From: Octopus bimaculoides
Taxonomy: Eukaryota
DNA: 64,000 bases
Direction of reading: 5' to 3'
Assembly: GCF_001194135.2 (NCBI RefSeq)
Contig: NC_068984.1
Span: 16,524,317 to 16,588,316, forward strand
In this document: one piece after another, positions 63,472 through 64,000 of the stretch
How positions within the stretch are numbered: position 1 is the stretch's first letter
Layout of the letters: every line of letters begins with the position of its first letter
Translations under genes and position numbers: made by a program
The notes under the pieces: generated by a model
Database searches by the model: none
What the model was told of the DNA's origin: nothing
The model's input: the letters and a program-made list of their open reading frames with translations, nothing else

Positions 63472-64000
63472 AATTTCTAACAAAAGACCATGTGCTTAGA
63501 CAGGAAGTAACAAACAAGTTTGTAAACAATTCGGTGTAAGACGAAAAAGAAGCACGTTGAAATATGCGTAAGATAGTTGTATGCTTCTGTTATGTGTACA
63601 ATAATCAAAATGTCTTCAATAATCTGAACATCCAAATGATATATATATTTTTTAATCAATAACAAATGACAAGAATAATAAGAAACAGATTCAGTATTGA
63701 ATACAGATATTTTTCATATAACAGGTAAATCGTTCAAGGGAGGTAATTCCAAGTGTAAAAACTGCTTAATTGCTGAGAATATTAAATGATGGTAGCTATA
63801 TGATGTAGATCCTATCATTACTATTAATATTCTCAGCAATATATGAATTAATTGTTAAATTAAAAGATATGCAGGTTATATAAGCTGAACATTTAGAAAA
63901 CAGTTGAGTACAAAATATTACATGCTTTGGGAGAATAAACGTTCATATGTAATTTTTATAGAGCACAAGAAATATCTCCTGTGAATAACTACTCCTAAAG

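Noticed and set aside
63495-63510. CAGGAAGT ETS-like site near the TAF1A ATG
   Set aside because: An 8-mer is expected by chance, and the adjacent TTTTGTTAG could instead be a splice acceptor, so the promoter position is unknown.

Overview
AT-rich, microsatellite- and retroposon-dense eukaryotic DNA with several N gaps. The SINE and RTE repeat families point to a cephalopod, probably Octopus (inference). Two convergent protein-coding genes can be reconstructed with GT-AG junctions and a conserved frame. The first is a 4-coding-exon glycine-rich-domain/DUF1399 (GRDP-like) gene on +: join 20038..21425, 33578..33728, 36341..36479, 40195..40787 (756 aa). The second is a 2-coding-exon TAF1A (RNA Pol I SL1 subunit) gene on -: join 63471..62896, 58415..57546 (481 aa). 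The rest is tRNA-derived SINEs, RTE-LINE 3' ends and fossils, Tc1/mariner, hAT, Merlin-like, Gypsy and Helitron-like relics, and a tRNA-Val pseudogene. The most striking unexplained structure is a set of minimal type I hammerhead ribozyme motifs of Penelope/retrozyme style from several different families. Two have intact cores (12237..12282 and 36043..36132, both on -). One family is fused to a tRNA-like Pol III head, giving a SINE with a ribozyme tail, and both intact motifs sit in fold-back elements whose 5' end is an inverted copy of their own 3' end. Repeat boundaries are approximate and all family assignments were made by eye, without database searches.
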